A DNA stretch of 33,998 nucleotides. It comes from Candidatus Ryanbacteria bacterium RIFCSPLOWO2_12_FULL_47_9c (GTDB lineage: Bacteria; Patescibacteriota; Minisyncoccia; Ryanbacterales; GWA2-47-10b). The notes beneath the pieces are model-generated. The model saw nothing but the letters and a program-made list of their open reading frames with translations, had not been told where the DNA came from and made no database searches. The translations under genes were made by a program, and so were the position numbers. The DNA is taken from contig MHOB01000023.1 of assembly GCA_001821795.1 (NCBI GenBank), positions 1 through 33,998 of the forward strand. The letters are read 5' to 3'. Below are positions 1-7,720 of the stretch, piece by piece (the first letter of the stretch is position 1; each line of letters begins with the position of its first letter).

Positions 1-1
1 T

Positions 2-736
2 GTAACTAAAATCCGCGGTGCGTTGTTGTACCCCGCAGTTGTCCTTGTTGCCGCATTCTTGCTTGCGCTTGGACTTTCGTTTTTTGTGCTTCCCAAAATA
101 GTTCCTCTTTTTCAAGGTTTGCGCACGGAGTTGCCGCTGACGACTAGAGCCCTCATACGGTTTTCTAATTTTATCAGTGCGCACGGCGTATCAACGGCCG
201 TGGGGATTATTCTGGGCGCGTGTATTCTTGTATGGCTTGCAAAGCGCCCCGCAACAAGACCTTTTACCCATCTGATTATTCTCCGGGCGCCGATCACGGG
301 AACTATGGCACGGAATGCAAACATGACCCGTTTTAGCCGCACGCTTGGGATGCTTCTTCGAAGCGGAGTGAGTATTGATGAGGCGCTTACTATTACACAG
401 AAATCGCTCGGAAATTATTATTACCAGCAAGCGCTTGTTGCCGCTTCGATGCGAATTGTAAAAGGTGCAAGATTGTCTGAAAGTCTTGCGGACTATCCGC
501 ATCTTTTTCCCATGATTGCAACAAAGATGATTCGCGTGGGGGAAGAAGCGGGAAGGTTCGAGGAAACACTGCTGTACCTCGCGAGTTTTTACGAGGCAGA
601 AGTTGATGCATCGACAAGGACACTGTCAGTGGTACTCGAGCCCTTATTGCTTCTTCTGATTGGTCTCGTTGTAGGTGGGCTTGCGCTTGCGATTATCACT
701 CCGATTTATGAAATCACGGGAAACATCCGGTACTAG
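2..736 (+). CDS. pilC: Type IV pilus / T2SS inner-membrane platform protein PilC (GspF family), 5'-truncated by the window edge
   Basis: The frame is open from position 2 (VTKIRGALLYP...). It has the LYP, LPLTTR, RFSRTLGMLLRSGV and GEEAG...LEPLL...IITPIY motifs of T2SSF proteins and precedes pilin genes. Confidence 0.93.
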   Translation, partial: VTKIRGALLYPAVVLVAAFLLALGLSFFVLPKIVPLFQGLRTELPLTTRALIRFSNFISAHGVSTAVGIILGACILVWLAKRPATRPFTHLIILRAPITGTMARNANMTRFSRTLGMLLRSGVSIDEALTITQKSLGNYYYQQALVAASMRIVKGARLSESLADYPHLFPMIATKMIRVGEEAGRFEETLLYLASFYEAEVDASTRTLSVVLEPLLLLLIGLVVGGLALAIITPIYEITGNIRY

Positions 737-1196
737 TGGCTTCACTCTCGTAGAATTGCTCATGACGATGGCGCTTCTCCTGATTTTGGGAGCAAGCGCT
801 GTTCCTCTTTATGGGAATTTATATACAGAAAGCCAGGTCGACGAGGTCGCAGATTTGATGGTACAAATGTTGCGTACGACGCGTGTCCGATCTCAAGCCG
901 GCCTTGATGATGCAACACACGGTTTCTATGTCGATGCGCGTAGCTATGTGCTTTATGAAGTCTCCGCGGGGGTGACTCCTGTTGAATATTCAAATCGTAA
1001 TGCGTCGTTTGACTTTGTTGTTTCCATGCCAAGCGCAATTACTCTTTCGACATCGATCCCGGCCGGTGATCTTATCTTTACGCGCCCTCGGGGCATTCCT
1101 TCCATTGCGGCTACCGAAACGATTACCATAACGCATGAATCGGGGGCTCGTCGCGATATTGAAATTAACAGTTTTGGCATAATATCTCTGCGATGA
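708..1196 (+). CDS. Minor type IV pilin / pseudopilin (FimT/GspH-like)
   Basis: ATG at 708 gives MKSRETSGTSG|FTLVELL, a class III prepilin cleavage site with Glu5. The C-terminus (LIFTRPRG...IEINSFG) is FimT-like. It overlaps the end of pilC. Confidence 0.85.
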   Translation: MKSRETSGTSGFTLVELLMTMALLLILGASAVPLYGNLYTESQVDEVADLMVQMLRTTRVRSQAGLDDATHGFYVDARSYVLYEVSAGVTPVEYSNRNASFDFVVSMPSAITLSTSIPAGDLIFTRPRGIPSIAATETITITHESGARRDIEINSFGIISLR

Positions 1197-3379
1197 AAAG
1201 AGGTCAGACGCTTTTTGAAGTCATCCTTGCGCTTGCGATTTTTTCCCTTATTGCGACGACCCTTGTGAGCATGGCGGCTGGTGGTGCGCGCGGGCTTGTT
1301 GGTGGAGGAGAAATCACCCAAGCGGACTCTCTTGCCGATGAAGGCATCGAAGCGGTGCGCGGGGTGCGCGATCGCGCATGGAATGGACTTCCTTCAGGCG
1401 CGAGCCAGGTTGTCTTCAATGCGGGAAGGTGGGAACTCAATGGAATTGGCGTTCCAGAAGTTATGGGAAAATTTTCGCGGCTTATTTCACTTGATGAGGT
1501 ATGCCGTACGAGTGCTGGCGCACTGACTTCTTGCCCCGGAGATTACGAGGATATTTACGTAAAAAAAATTGCATCGCGCGTTGAGTGGCAAAATCAATTC
1601 GGGCTTCCTAATGTTGCCGAGCGCACAACGTATCTTGCAAACTGGGATTCCCGAGATTGGGTTGAAGATTCTGTGGCGGATTTTACGGATGGCGATTTCG
1701 CCGATACTGCCCTACACCCATCGTTTGGGGATGGAGACGGATCGGTTACTCTTGCCCCCATACCGGTGCCGCCAAAATCAATGATTGTATATGCAAAGAG
1801 TTCAGGTGATCCAAAACCATATTTTCGCTTATGGGATGGTACTTCGTGGGGAGACGAACAGGAAGCTCCTCCGGTTGGTGCGCCCGGAGTTGGAATACGG
1901 TATATGGTTTTGAAGTTTGCGCGCACGCGCGACGAGGCGATATTGGGAACGATGGATTCGTCTGGGCGTATTCGTGTACAGACCTGGGATGGCTCGGTAT
2001 GGAGTTCGCCAATTTTTCTTGCAAGCGCGAGTGGTGAACGTGGATTTGATATAGAATACGAAACGACCAGCGACCGCGCGGTTGTCGTGTACAACAATCC
2101 TAGCATGCTAACCCCAGTAAGTTACCGTATTTGGGATGGATCGGCGTGGGTTTCTCAAGAGTCTATTTCTACAGTACTCGGTGGTGGGATATCATGGGTT
2201 GAACTTACCGCAAATCCTCTTTCCGGAAGCAATGAGATTGCTATGATGCTCATCGATTCAAGAGTGGATGTATACGGGATGGTATGGACGGGAAGCGTGT
2301 GGAGTAATATGGGTTCTTCGGCTGTGTGGGACGCGAATGCTTCAAATGCAACTACAAAAATATTTGATATTGCATACGAGCAAACAACGGGACGCGCGAT
2401 GTTTATGTGGGGGCGCGCCGCGACTGGCCAGCTTTATTACCGTGTATGGGATGGGGGCGCGCTTACCGTTCCTACACTTCTTTCTATCTCTGCGATGAAT
2501 GGCAGGTCGCGATGGCTTCGCCTTGCATCAGACTTTGCTGCTGGTTCAAACAAAATTATGATGGGGGTTCAGGGCGGTACCGGTGATTTGAATACGCGAC
2601 TATGGTCCGGCACTGCGTGGGACACTGTTGCCCAGCATCCGGAACACGACAATTCTGTTGAAGAAAATCAGTCGCGGAGTTTTGATATTGTTTTTGAAAC
2701 GCACCCGAGCAAGGTTGGACAGGCGATACTTGCGTGGGGCAATGGATCTACTGTTTCGCGAAAGTACTGGGATGATCTGACCTCGACATGGAGTGTGCCT
2801 ACGACGAGTGGCGATGATACATCGTTTGTTACGCTTGCAGCAAATTCAATAAATGGCGATGTTTTTCTCGGCATATACCAAGATTCAACATCGGCGACAG
2901 ACGACATTTTGGAAGAACATCTTACCGGTGGAAGTTCTCTGTGGAGCTTTGATGCAACTTTGTGGGGTGGGCCCACTCTTTCTGGAGCGGCTTTGGAACG
3001 TATTGTCATTGCGTCCGGAAAATTCAGTACATCACAAACATACCAATTTTCCGGCACTTATATTTCAAATGCATTCGACGCAGAAGCAACCCGCGCATTT
3101 AATGGTATTCAATGGAAAGAGAGCAAAACGAATCCTGCTTGCGGCGCATGTACAGTCCGTCTCCAGATTCAGACATCCGCCGACGGATTAAGTTGGCCGC
3201 CCACGTGGTCGGGTCCTCTTGGAAACAATGGAGATGAAATTGATTTTTTTATTATACCGACGGGCACACTTATTCATACCGACCACAACGGCGATCGGTG
3301 GGTACGATATCGCGCGACGCTTGAAGGCGATGGGTCAGAGACGCCCATTCTTGAGGAGATCAGAATTAATTACCGATAA
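1193..3379 (+). CDS. Large pilin-like protein (728 aa) with an N-terminal prepilin motif and an internal repeat domain, probably a beta-propeller; putative pilus adhesin
   Basis: It begins MKRG|QTLFEVIL followed by a hydrophobic helix and has 7-8 W-D/T/S-G-x-x-W repeats. There is an ATGA overlap with the upstream gene. Confidence 0.8.
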   Translation: MKRGQTLFEVILALAIFSLIATTLVSMAAGGARGLVGGGEITQADSLADEGIEAVRGVRDRAWNGLPSGASQVVFNAGRWELNGIGVPEVMGKFSRLISLDEVCRTSAGALTSCPGDYEDIYVKKIASRVEWQNQFGLPNVAERTTYLANWDSRDWVEDSVADFTDGDFADTALHPSFGDGDGSVTLAPIPVPPKSMIVYAKSSGDPKPYFRLWDGTSWGDEQEAPPVGAPGVGIRYMVLKFARTRDEAILGTMDSSGRIRVQTWDGSVWSSPIFLASASGERGFDIEYETTSDRAVVVYNNPSMLTPVSYRIWDGSAWVSQESISTVLGGGISWVELTANPLSGSNEIAMMLIDSRVDVYGMVWTGSVWSNMGSSAVWDANASNATTKIFDIAYEQTTGRAMFMWGRAATGQLYYRVWDGGALTVPTLLSISAMNGRSRWLRLASDFAAGSNKIMMGVQGGTGDLNTRLWSGTAWDTVAQHPEHDNSVEENQSRSFDIVFETHPSKVGQAILAWGNGSTVSRKYWDDLTSTWSVPTTSGDDTSFVTLAANSINGDVFLGIYQDSTSATDDILEEHLTGGSSLWSFDATLWGGPTLSGAALERIVIASGKFSTSQTYQFSGTYISNAFDAEATRAFNGIQWKESKTNPACGACTVRLQIQTSADGLSWPPTWSGPLGNNGDEIDFFIIPTGTLIHTDHNGDRWVRYRATLEGDGSETPILEEIRINYR

Positions 3380-3380
3380 T

Positions 3381-3869
3381 ATGCGCGCCGGCTTCACCCT
3401 TATCGAAATAATCATCTATATTGCAATCCTTGGGCTTATCGCGACGAGTCTGGTCACCTATAGCGTAAGCGTATCTTTATCGCGCAGGGGTTTTTCTGTA
3501 GTGCGGGAGGTCCAAGAGAATGCCCGAGTAGTTATGGGCGGCATCACGCGCGCCATTCGTTTTGCGGAATCTGTTAACAGCGGCGCTTCCGTGTTTGATT
3601 CAGATAACGGTATTCTTGAGCTTACACTCACGGATGTTGCGGAAAGCCCCACTCGATTTTTCCGTGATCCGGAAGGGCGGGTTTTTATACAGCGGGGTGC
3701 CCTGGCGCCCGAGCAGATGACAAGCGCCCAGGTGGAGGTTACTCGATTGCGTTTCAGTGATTATGATGGTGTTGTGCGTATAGAAATCACCGTGCGTCAC
3801 AAGGGCGGGGGGAGCGGGGGATATAGTTACGAGTATGTTCTTACCGGTTCTGCGGATTTACGCTTATGA
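3381..3869 (+). CDS. Minor type IV pilin (PilW/GspJ-like)
   Basis: MRAG|FTLIEIII prepilin motif. The ATG at 3381 follows the upstream stop by 1 nt, so it is preferred over the ORF-track start at 3219. Confidence 0.85.
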   Translation: MRAGFTLIEIIIYIAILGLIATSLVTYSVSVSLSRRGFSVVREVQENARVVMGGITRAIRFAESVNSGASVFDSDNGILELTLTDVAESPTRFFRDPEGRVFIQRGALAPEQMTSAQVEVTRLRFSDYDGVVRIEITVRHKGGGSGGYSYEYVLTGSADLRL

Positions 3870-4246
3870 ATACGCGTAAAAGTGGCGTTGCGGCGTTGCT
3901 TGTGGTTGTAGTATTAGGTGCTACAGCGCTTCTCATGACATTGGGAGCGACATTTCTTGGTTTAGGTGAGATTGATCAGGCGTTTACTCTCTCTCTGGGC
4001 GCGCGCGCTCGTTCGGTTGCTGAAGGTTGCGCAGAATACGCGCTTGAACAACTTCGTGAGAACCCTGCTTATACTGGCGGCGATCTGCCCACTTTTACTG
4101 ATGGGTCATGTACGGTTTCGGTAAATCTCGACGGGCCGTTTCATGTTATTATTTCAAGAGGGCGGCACGGTATGTATTATAATACTTTGAATGTGCGGGT
4201 TGATCTTTCAGGAGAAACCGTGCAGCTTGTTGAGTTGAGTGAGTAA
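3866..4246 (+). CDS. PilX/GspK-like minor pilin lacking Glu5
   Basis: MNTRKSG|VAALLVVVV has no E5. It contains the ARSVAEGCAEYAL motif of PilX N-termini and has an ATGA overlap. Confidence 0.75.
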   Translation: MNTRKSGVAALLVVVVLGATALLMTLGATFLGLGEIDQAFTLSLGARARSVAEGCAEYALEQLRENPAYTGGDLPTFTDGSCTVSVNLDGPFHVIISRGRHGMYYNTLNVRVDLSGETVQLVELSE

Positions 4247-4251
4247 AATGT

Positions 4252-5229
4252 ATGGTTCATTTTTTTCAGAAAAAAACTGTTGGCGTGAGCATCTCCGATA
4301 ACGCGATAGAAGTTGTAGAACTTGTCCATGATGGCGCGTTCAAGATTTCATCGCGCGGGCGTGTTGAGCTCGAAACCGGTGTGATTGTAAAGGGAAGAAT
4401 CTCAGATTCTTTAAAACTCACGGCTTCGTTTCGCGAGCTTTTTCGGAACGTAGAATTCCCTCATGAGATCATCTGCGGCTTGCCGGAGGCGCAGACGTTC
4501 CTCTCTATATATGAGTCGGAAGATATGAGCAAGGAAAGCATCACGCGCGCCGTGTATCAGAATATTCCTCTTGAGAAGGAAAATATTATTTTTTCATATG
4601 CAGTTGGACGCGATGAGAAAGAAAAAAAGAGAGTGCTTGTGATTGCCGCAAGCCGCGTGGTACTTTCCGAATGGAATAACTTTTTTATTTCTCTTGGTAT
4701 TGAAGTTAAATTTTTTGATTCTGAAGCGCTTGCGATCGTACGGAACGTTTTTTCATCTCGTCCTAAAGATCCCGCGTGTATCGTGAGAAGCGATGCTTTT
4801 CTCACGATGATTTTGGTGTGTGATGAATATGGCCTCGCATACGCTTATTCGCTTCGTACCACAGGCGATACGACAATGATTGTTCGCGAAATTCGAGGCG
4901 CTTTTGATTATTATCGGCATCGCGAACAGAAAGACATTCATGCCCTTGTGCTCGTTGGCAGTTTATCTCGGACCTCGGGCTTTAAAGATTATATGGAAAA
5001 AAATATGGGGATTCCGGCAAAGAGCGACCTTCCCGAAACTGTCGATCTCGCGGCGCTTGGTATTGCAATGCGGGGTTTTGAGGAAGGGGATCCTGTATTA
5101 ACGATAGAGGGAGCCGCACGGCACCATTCGCAGAAGATGCCGCTTGCGGGGTTAGTTGCTATTGCCACGTTGTCGGTGGCAATTGTGCTGGTGACTGTTC
5201 TGATTATATGGGCGTTGGTTCTTTGGTGA
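4252..5229 (+). CDS. pilM: PilM-like (actin-like fold) pilus assembly protein with a C-terminal hydrophobic helix
   Basis: Motifs VGVSISDNAIEVVEL, G.I.D, IPL, VLVIAA, DSEALAIVR, IRGAFDYY, LVG and ALGIAMRG match PilM. The pilus context agrees. Confidence 0.75.
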   Translation: MVHFFQKKTVGVSISDNAIEVVELVHDGAFKISSRGRVELETGVIVKGRISDSLKLTASFRELFRNVEFPHEIICGLPEAQTFLSIYESEDMSKESITRAVYQNIPLEKENIIFSYAVGRDEKEKKRVLVIAASRVVLSEWNNFFISLGIEVKFFDSEALAIVRNVFSSRPKDPACIVRSDAFLTMILVCDEYGLAYAYSLRTTGDTTMIVREIRGAFDYYRHREQKDIHALVLVGSLSRTSGFKDYMEKNMGIPAKSDLPETVDLAALGIAMRGFEEGDPVLTIEGAARHHSQKMPLAGLVAIATLSVAIVLVTVLIIWALVLW

Positions 5230-5231
5230 GT

Positions 5232-5240
5232 TGTGGATAA
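5232..5240 (-). promoter_or_regulatory. Perfect DnaA box (TTATCCACA on the minus strand)
   Basis: TGTGGATAA lies in the pilM-pilin intergenic region. Confidence 0.55.
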
Positions 5241-5312
5241 CCGCATGCACGTCTTGGTGTTTTCCAATATAATGGAATAAGCAAGTGGAGTTTTAATGAT
5301 AATAATATCACC

Positions 5313-5837
5313 ATGAAAAGAGAAAAAAATACGATGCGCGGCTTTACTCTCATTGAGCTTCTCATTGTCATCGGTCTTATCGCGATCCTTGCGGGGGTTG
5401 TTTTTGTGGCGCTTGATCCCCTCACGCGATTTGCCGCCGCGCGAAACTCACGCCGCGCCGCGGATGTTTCTTCGATTCTAAGCGCGATCCGCGTGCATCA
5501 GGTTGATAACGGCGGAAATTATCATGCCAATATCGCTGGCCTCACTGACGATACGTTTTACATGATCGGCACCGCGTCGGGAAATCCCGGTTGCCAGAAC
5601 GAGCCGGCCGGCAATATGCCCGTGTGCGCAACACAGGCAATTTTAGACAGCAATTGTGTTGATATTGTTCCGCTTTCAACTCTTGGTTATCTCGGTGTTG
5701 TTCCGCAGAGTCCCAATGGTTCCAAGTCATGGAGTCAAGCCAACACGGGTTACTATATGAGTAGGAACGCGAATAATTCTGTAACGGTTGGAGCATGTGA
5801 AGACGAGGGTCTTGGTGCGATTAAAATAACGCGATGA
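5313..5837 (+). CDS. Probable major type IV pilin
   Basis: MRG|FTLIELLIVIGLIAILAGVV followed by ARNSRR.AD, with four Cys. It has its own TATAAT (5268-5273) and a strong terminator. Confidence 0.85.
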   Translation: MKREKNTMRGFTLIELLIVIGLIAILAGVVFVALDPLTRFAAARNSRRAADVSSILSAIRVHQVDNGGNYHANIAGLTDDTFYMIGTASGNPGCQNEPAGNMPVCATQAILDSNCVDIVPLSTLGYLGVVPQSPNGSKSWSQANTGYYMSRNANNSVTVGACEDEGLGAIKITR

Positions 5838-5842
5838 AGTAT

Positions 5843-5875
5843 AAAAAAAACTCCGCCGCTGGCGGAGTTTTTTTT
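5843..5875. terminator. Bidirectional rho-independent terminator
   Basis: A8-CTCCGCC-gct-GGCGGAG-T8 is a perfect inverted repeat directly after the pilin stop. Confidence 0.9.
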
Positions 5876-5880
5876 GTGGG

Positions 5881-5908
5881 TTGAAAAAATATTATAAATA
5901 TCTATACT
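5881..5908 (+). promoter_or_regulatory. Putative sigma70 promoter of pyrH
   Basis: TTGAAA-N16-TATACT, with a strong SD (AAAGGGGAGG) before ATG 5946. Confidence 0.55.
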
Positions 5909-5945
5909 TTCTAGGAATGTGTACGCAGACAAAGGGGAGGATTAG

Positions 5946-6668
5946 ATGACTCACCGTAGTGTTATACTCAAGCTTTCTGGTCGGGCGTTCGGCGGCGGGG
6001 AGAAAAGCCCGTTCGACGCTCCGATGATCCGCGGTGTTGCATCGCAGATTGCGGAGGTGCGGAAGACCATGCCGACCCTGCGCATCAGCGTCGTGGTAGG
6101 CGGCGGGAACATCGTGCGCGGGCGCGATCTTGTGCCCGGCGGCATTTCTAACAGCGCCGCTGACTTTGCTGGCATGCTCGCCTCGGCGGCAAATGCCGTC
6201 TGCCTACAGAACGTGTTAGCGAACAGCTTCCATGTATCTGCAAAGCTGGCAATGCCGTTTGGACTTGGCGAGGCCGGCGGACAATTTGTCCAACCGGAAG
6301 CACAGAATGAGCTTGACAGCGGCGTGATCTTTGTCTTCGGCGGCGGGATTGGCCATCCCGGTTTTACCACCGACACGGCGGCGATCTACCGCGCGCGAGA
6401 CGTAGGCGCGGCGCTTGTTCTGAAAGGAACGGACGTCGATGGCATCTACGACCGCGATCCCAAGGAGCAGGAGGGAGAGCTTCTTCCTCGGGTGTCCTAC
6501 AAGGATTACTTGGCTCTTGACCTTGGCATCATGGATAAGACCGCGGTGACTTTGGCCGAGCAGCACGGCATCACGATCCGCGTGTTCAACGCATTTGAGC
6601 CCGACAACATCGCCCGCGCCCTGAAGGGTGAGAAAATCGGGTCCATCATCTCAAACAACCCTGCCTAA
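5946..6668 (+). CDS. pyrH: Uridylate kinase (divergent)
   Basis: Motifs LKLSG, VVGGGNIVRG, GMLA, G.G.PGFTTDTAA..RA, LKGTDVDGIYDRDP, MDKTA and GEKIGS. Confidence 0.9.
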   Translation: MTHRSVILKLSGRAFGGGEKSPFDAPMIRGVASQIAEVRKTMPTLRISVVVGGGNIVRGRDLVPGGISNSAADFAGMLASAANAVCLQNVLANSFHVSAKLAMPFGLGEAGGQFVQPEAQNELDSGVIFVFGGGIGHPGFTTDTAAIYRARDVGAALVLKGTDVDGIYDRDPKEQEGELLPRVSYKDYLALDLGIMDKTAVTLAEQHGITIRVFNAFEPDNIARALKGEKIGSIISNNPA

Positions 6669-6689
6669 CGGTGGGGGGTTTTATTTTTT
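6657..6689 (+). terminator. Probable intrinsic terminator after pyrH
   Basis: CCCTGCC-taac-GGTGGGG hairpin (with G-U pairs) followed by a T-rich tail. Confidence 0.55.
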
Positions 6690-6758
6690 GTGGTGTATAT
6701 TTGAATATAAAAAAGAAAGGAGGCGCCGGAACGAAGTCCAACGCCTCAATAGGAAGCT

Positions 6759-7292
6759 TCAGGATATACGGAAAGGAAAGGTTTCAACTCGATACCATTC
6801 TTCGATCGCTCCCTCGGTGTACCACAACTCGGTACGTTGTGCGACGAAGTGCGTTCCTGCAATTGCGCATCCTTGTGCAACGACCCGCTGCAGGGTGACG
6901 ACTTGTTCGTTCGAGAGGTCACCGTACGCGAGACTGAGGTGGGGGAAGTAATCTCCTTTGTCCACCCCGAACACTTTTTGCGCAAGAGCATTCGCATTCA
7001 GTACCGAATGGGTCTGGTCGATCTTAGAGAACAGGATCTGGAAGTAGGTCCCGTTAGAACCGACCTCACCGAGTTTGATCTCGTAAGGTGAAAGTTCTCC
7101 AGCCAACACTCGAGTTTTTTCACATACATCCTGCTCTCCACCCTCGACGCCACCAAGAAGGGTCACGTGCGGACCGAATACTGACGTTCGATACTGTGCC
7201 GCCGTGTTGCGGATGAGTTGATCTAGAAACACATACGTCTCGGTATCTCGTTCGGGAACGAGCCACAGAGAGTACCCTGTTGCTTTCGACAT
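6759..7292 (-). CDS. 2H phosphoesterase / cyclic phosphodiesterase (CPDase-like)
   Basis: Two H-x-T/S motifs (PHVTL, PHLSLAY), N-terminal YSLWLVP and C-terminal ELWYTEG...W. There is an SD (GGAGG) upstream on the minus strand. Confidence 0.85.
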   Translation of the reverse strand: MSKATGYSLWLVPERDTETYVFLDQLIRNTAAQYRTSVFGPHVTLLGGVEGGEQDVCEKTRVLAGELSPYEIKLGEVGSNGTYFQILFSKIDQTHSVLNANALAQKVFGVDKGDYFPHLSLAYGDLSNEQVVTLQRVVAQGCAIAGTHFVAQRTELWYTEGAIEEWYRVETFPFRIS

Positions 7293-7420
7293 TTTCGCCT
7301 CCGTTTTTTTTGGTAGTTATAGTTAAGGTCCCAAGTTCAGTCCTAATATTATATGTCTATTTATCAAAAATCAATAGCGGCGTTTTGCTGCTTATTGAAA
7401 AAATTTCTTTTGTTTAATCT

Positions 7421-7497
7421 TGGCGGGGTGGACGGGACTCGAACCCGCGACCTTCCGCGTGACAGGCGGACGCTCTAACCAGCTGAGCTACCACCCC
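7421..7497 (-). tRNA. tRNA-Asp (GTC), CCA encoded
   Basis: The reverse complement GGGGTGGTAGCTCAGCTGGTTAGAGCGTCCGCCTGTCACGCGGAAGGTCGCGGGTTCGAGTCCCGTCCACCCCGCCA folds as a cloverleaf with anticodon GTC. Confidence 0.97.
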
Positions 7498-7527
7498 AAA
7501 ATTGGGGGCGTACAATATTCAGTTGTG

Positions 7528-7600
7528 TGCCGGCAGCAGGGATCGAACCTGCGGCCTAACGCTTATGAAGCGCTCGCTCTAACCACTGAGCTATGCCGGC
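7528..7600 (-). tRNA. tRNA with CAT anticodon (elongator Met or Ile2), CCA not encoded
   Basis: The reverse complement reads GCCGGCA-TA-GCTCAGTGGTTAGAGC-G-AGCGC-TTCATAA-GCGTT-AGGCC-GCAGG-TTCGATC-CCTGC-TGCCGGC-A. G1-C72 is paired and the anticodon stem has no GGG/CCC, so it is not the initiator. Confidence 0.92.
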
Positions 7601-7720
7601 ACCGCGGTGACTTTACTAGAATAGAATACAAGAAATCCTTGTTCTCTGCAATATTTTTATTATATGATTCCGTCTAAAATTCCTTGTTTTGGAACGCTAT
7701 CCGCGCTATAATAGCTCTAC

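Noticed and set aside
5860..7430. att-like duplication of the tRNA-Asp 3' end bounding the pyrH/2H islet
   Set aside because: Only TGGCGG (6 nt, inside the terminator) matches, and no integrase is present.
7420..7677. 85-aa ORF MAGWTGLEPATF...
   Set aside because: It is the antisense shadow of the two tRNA genes.
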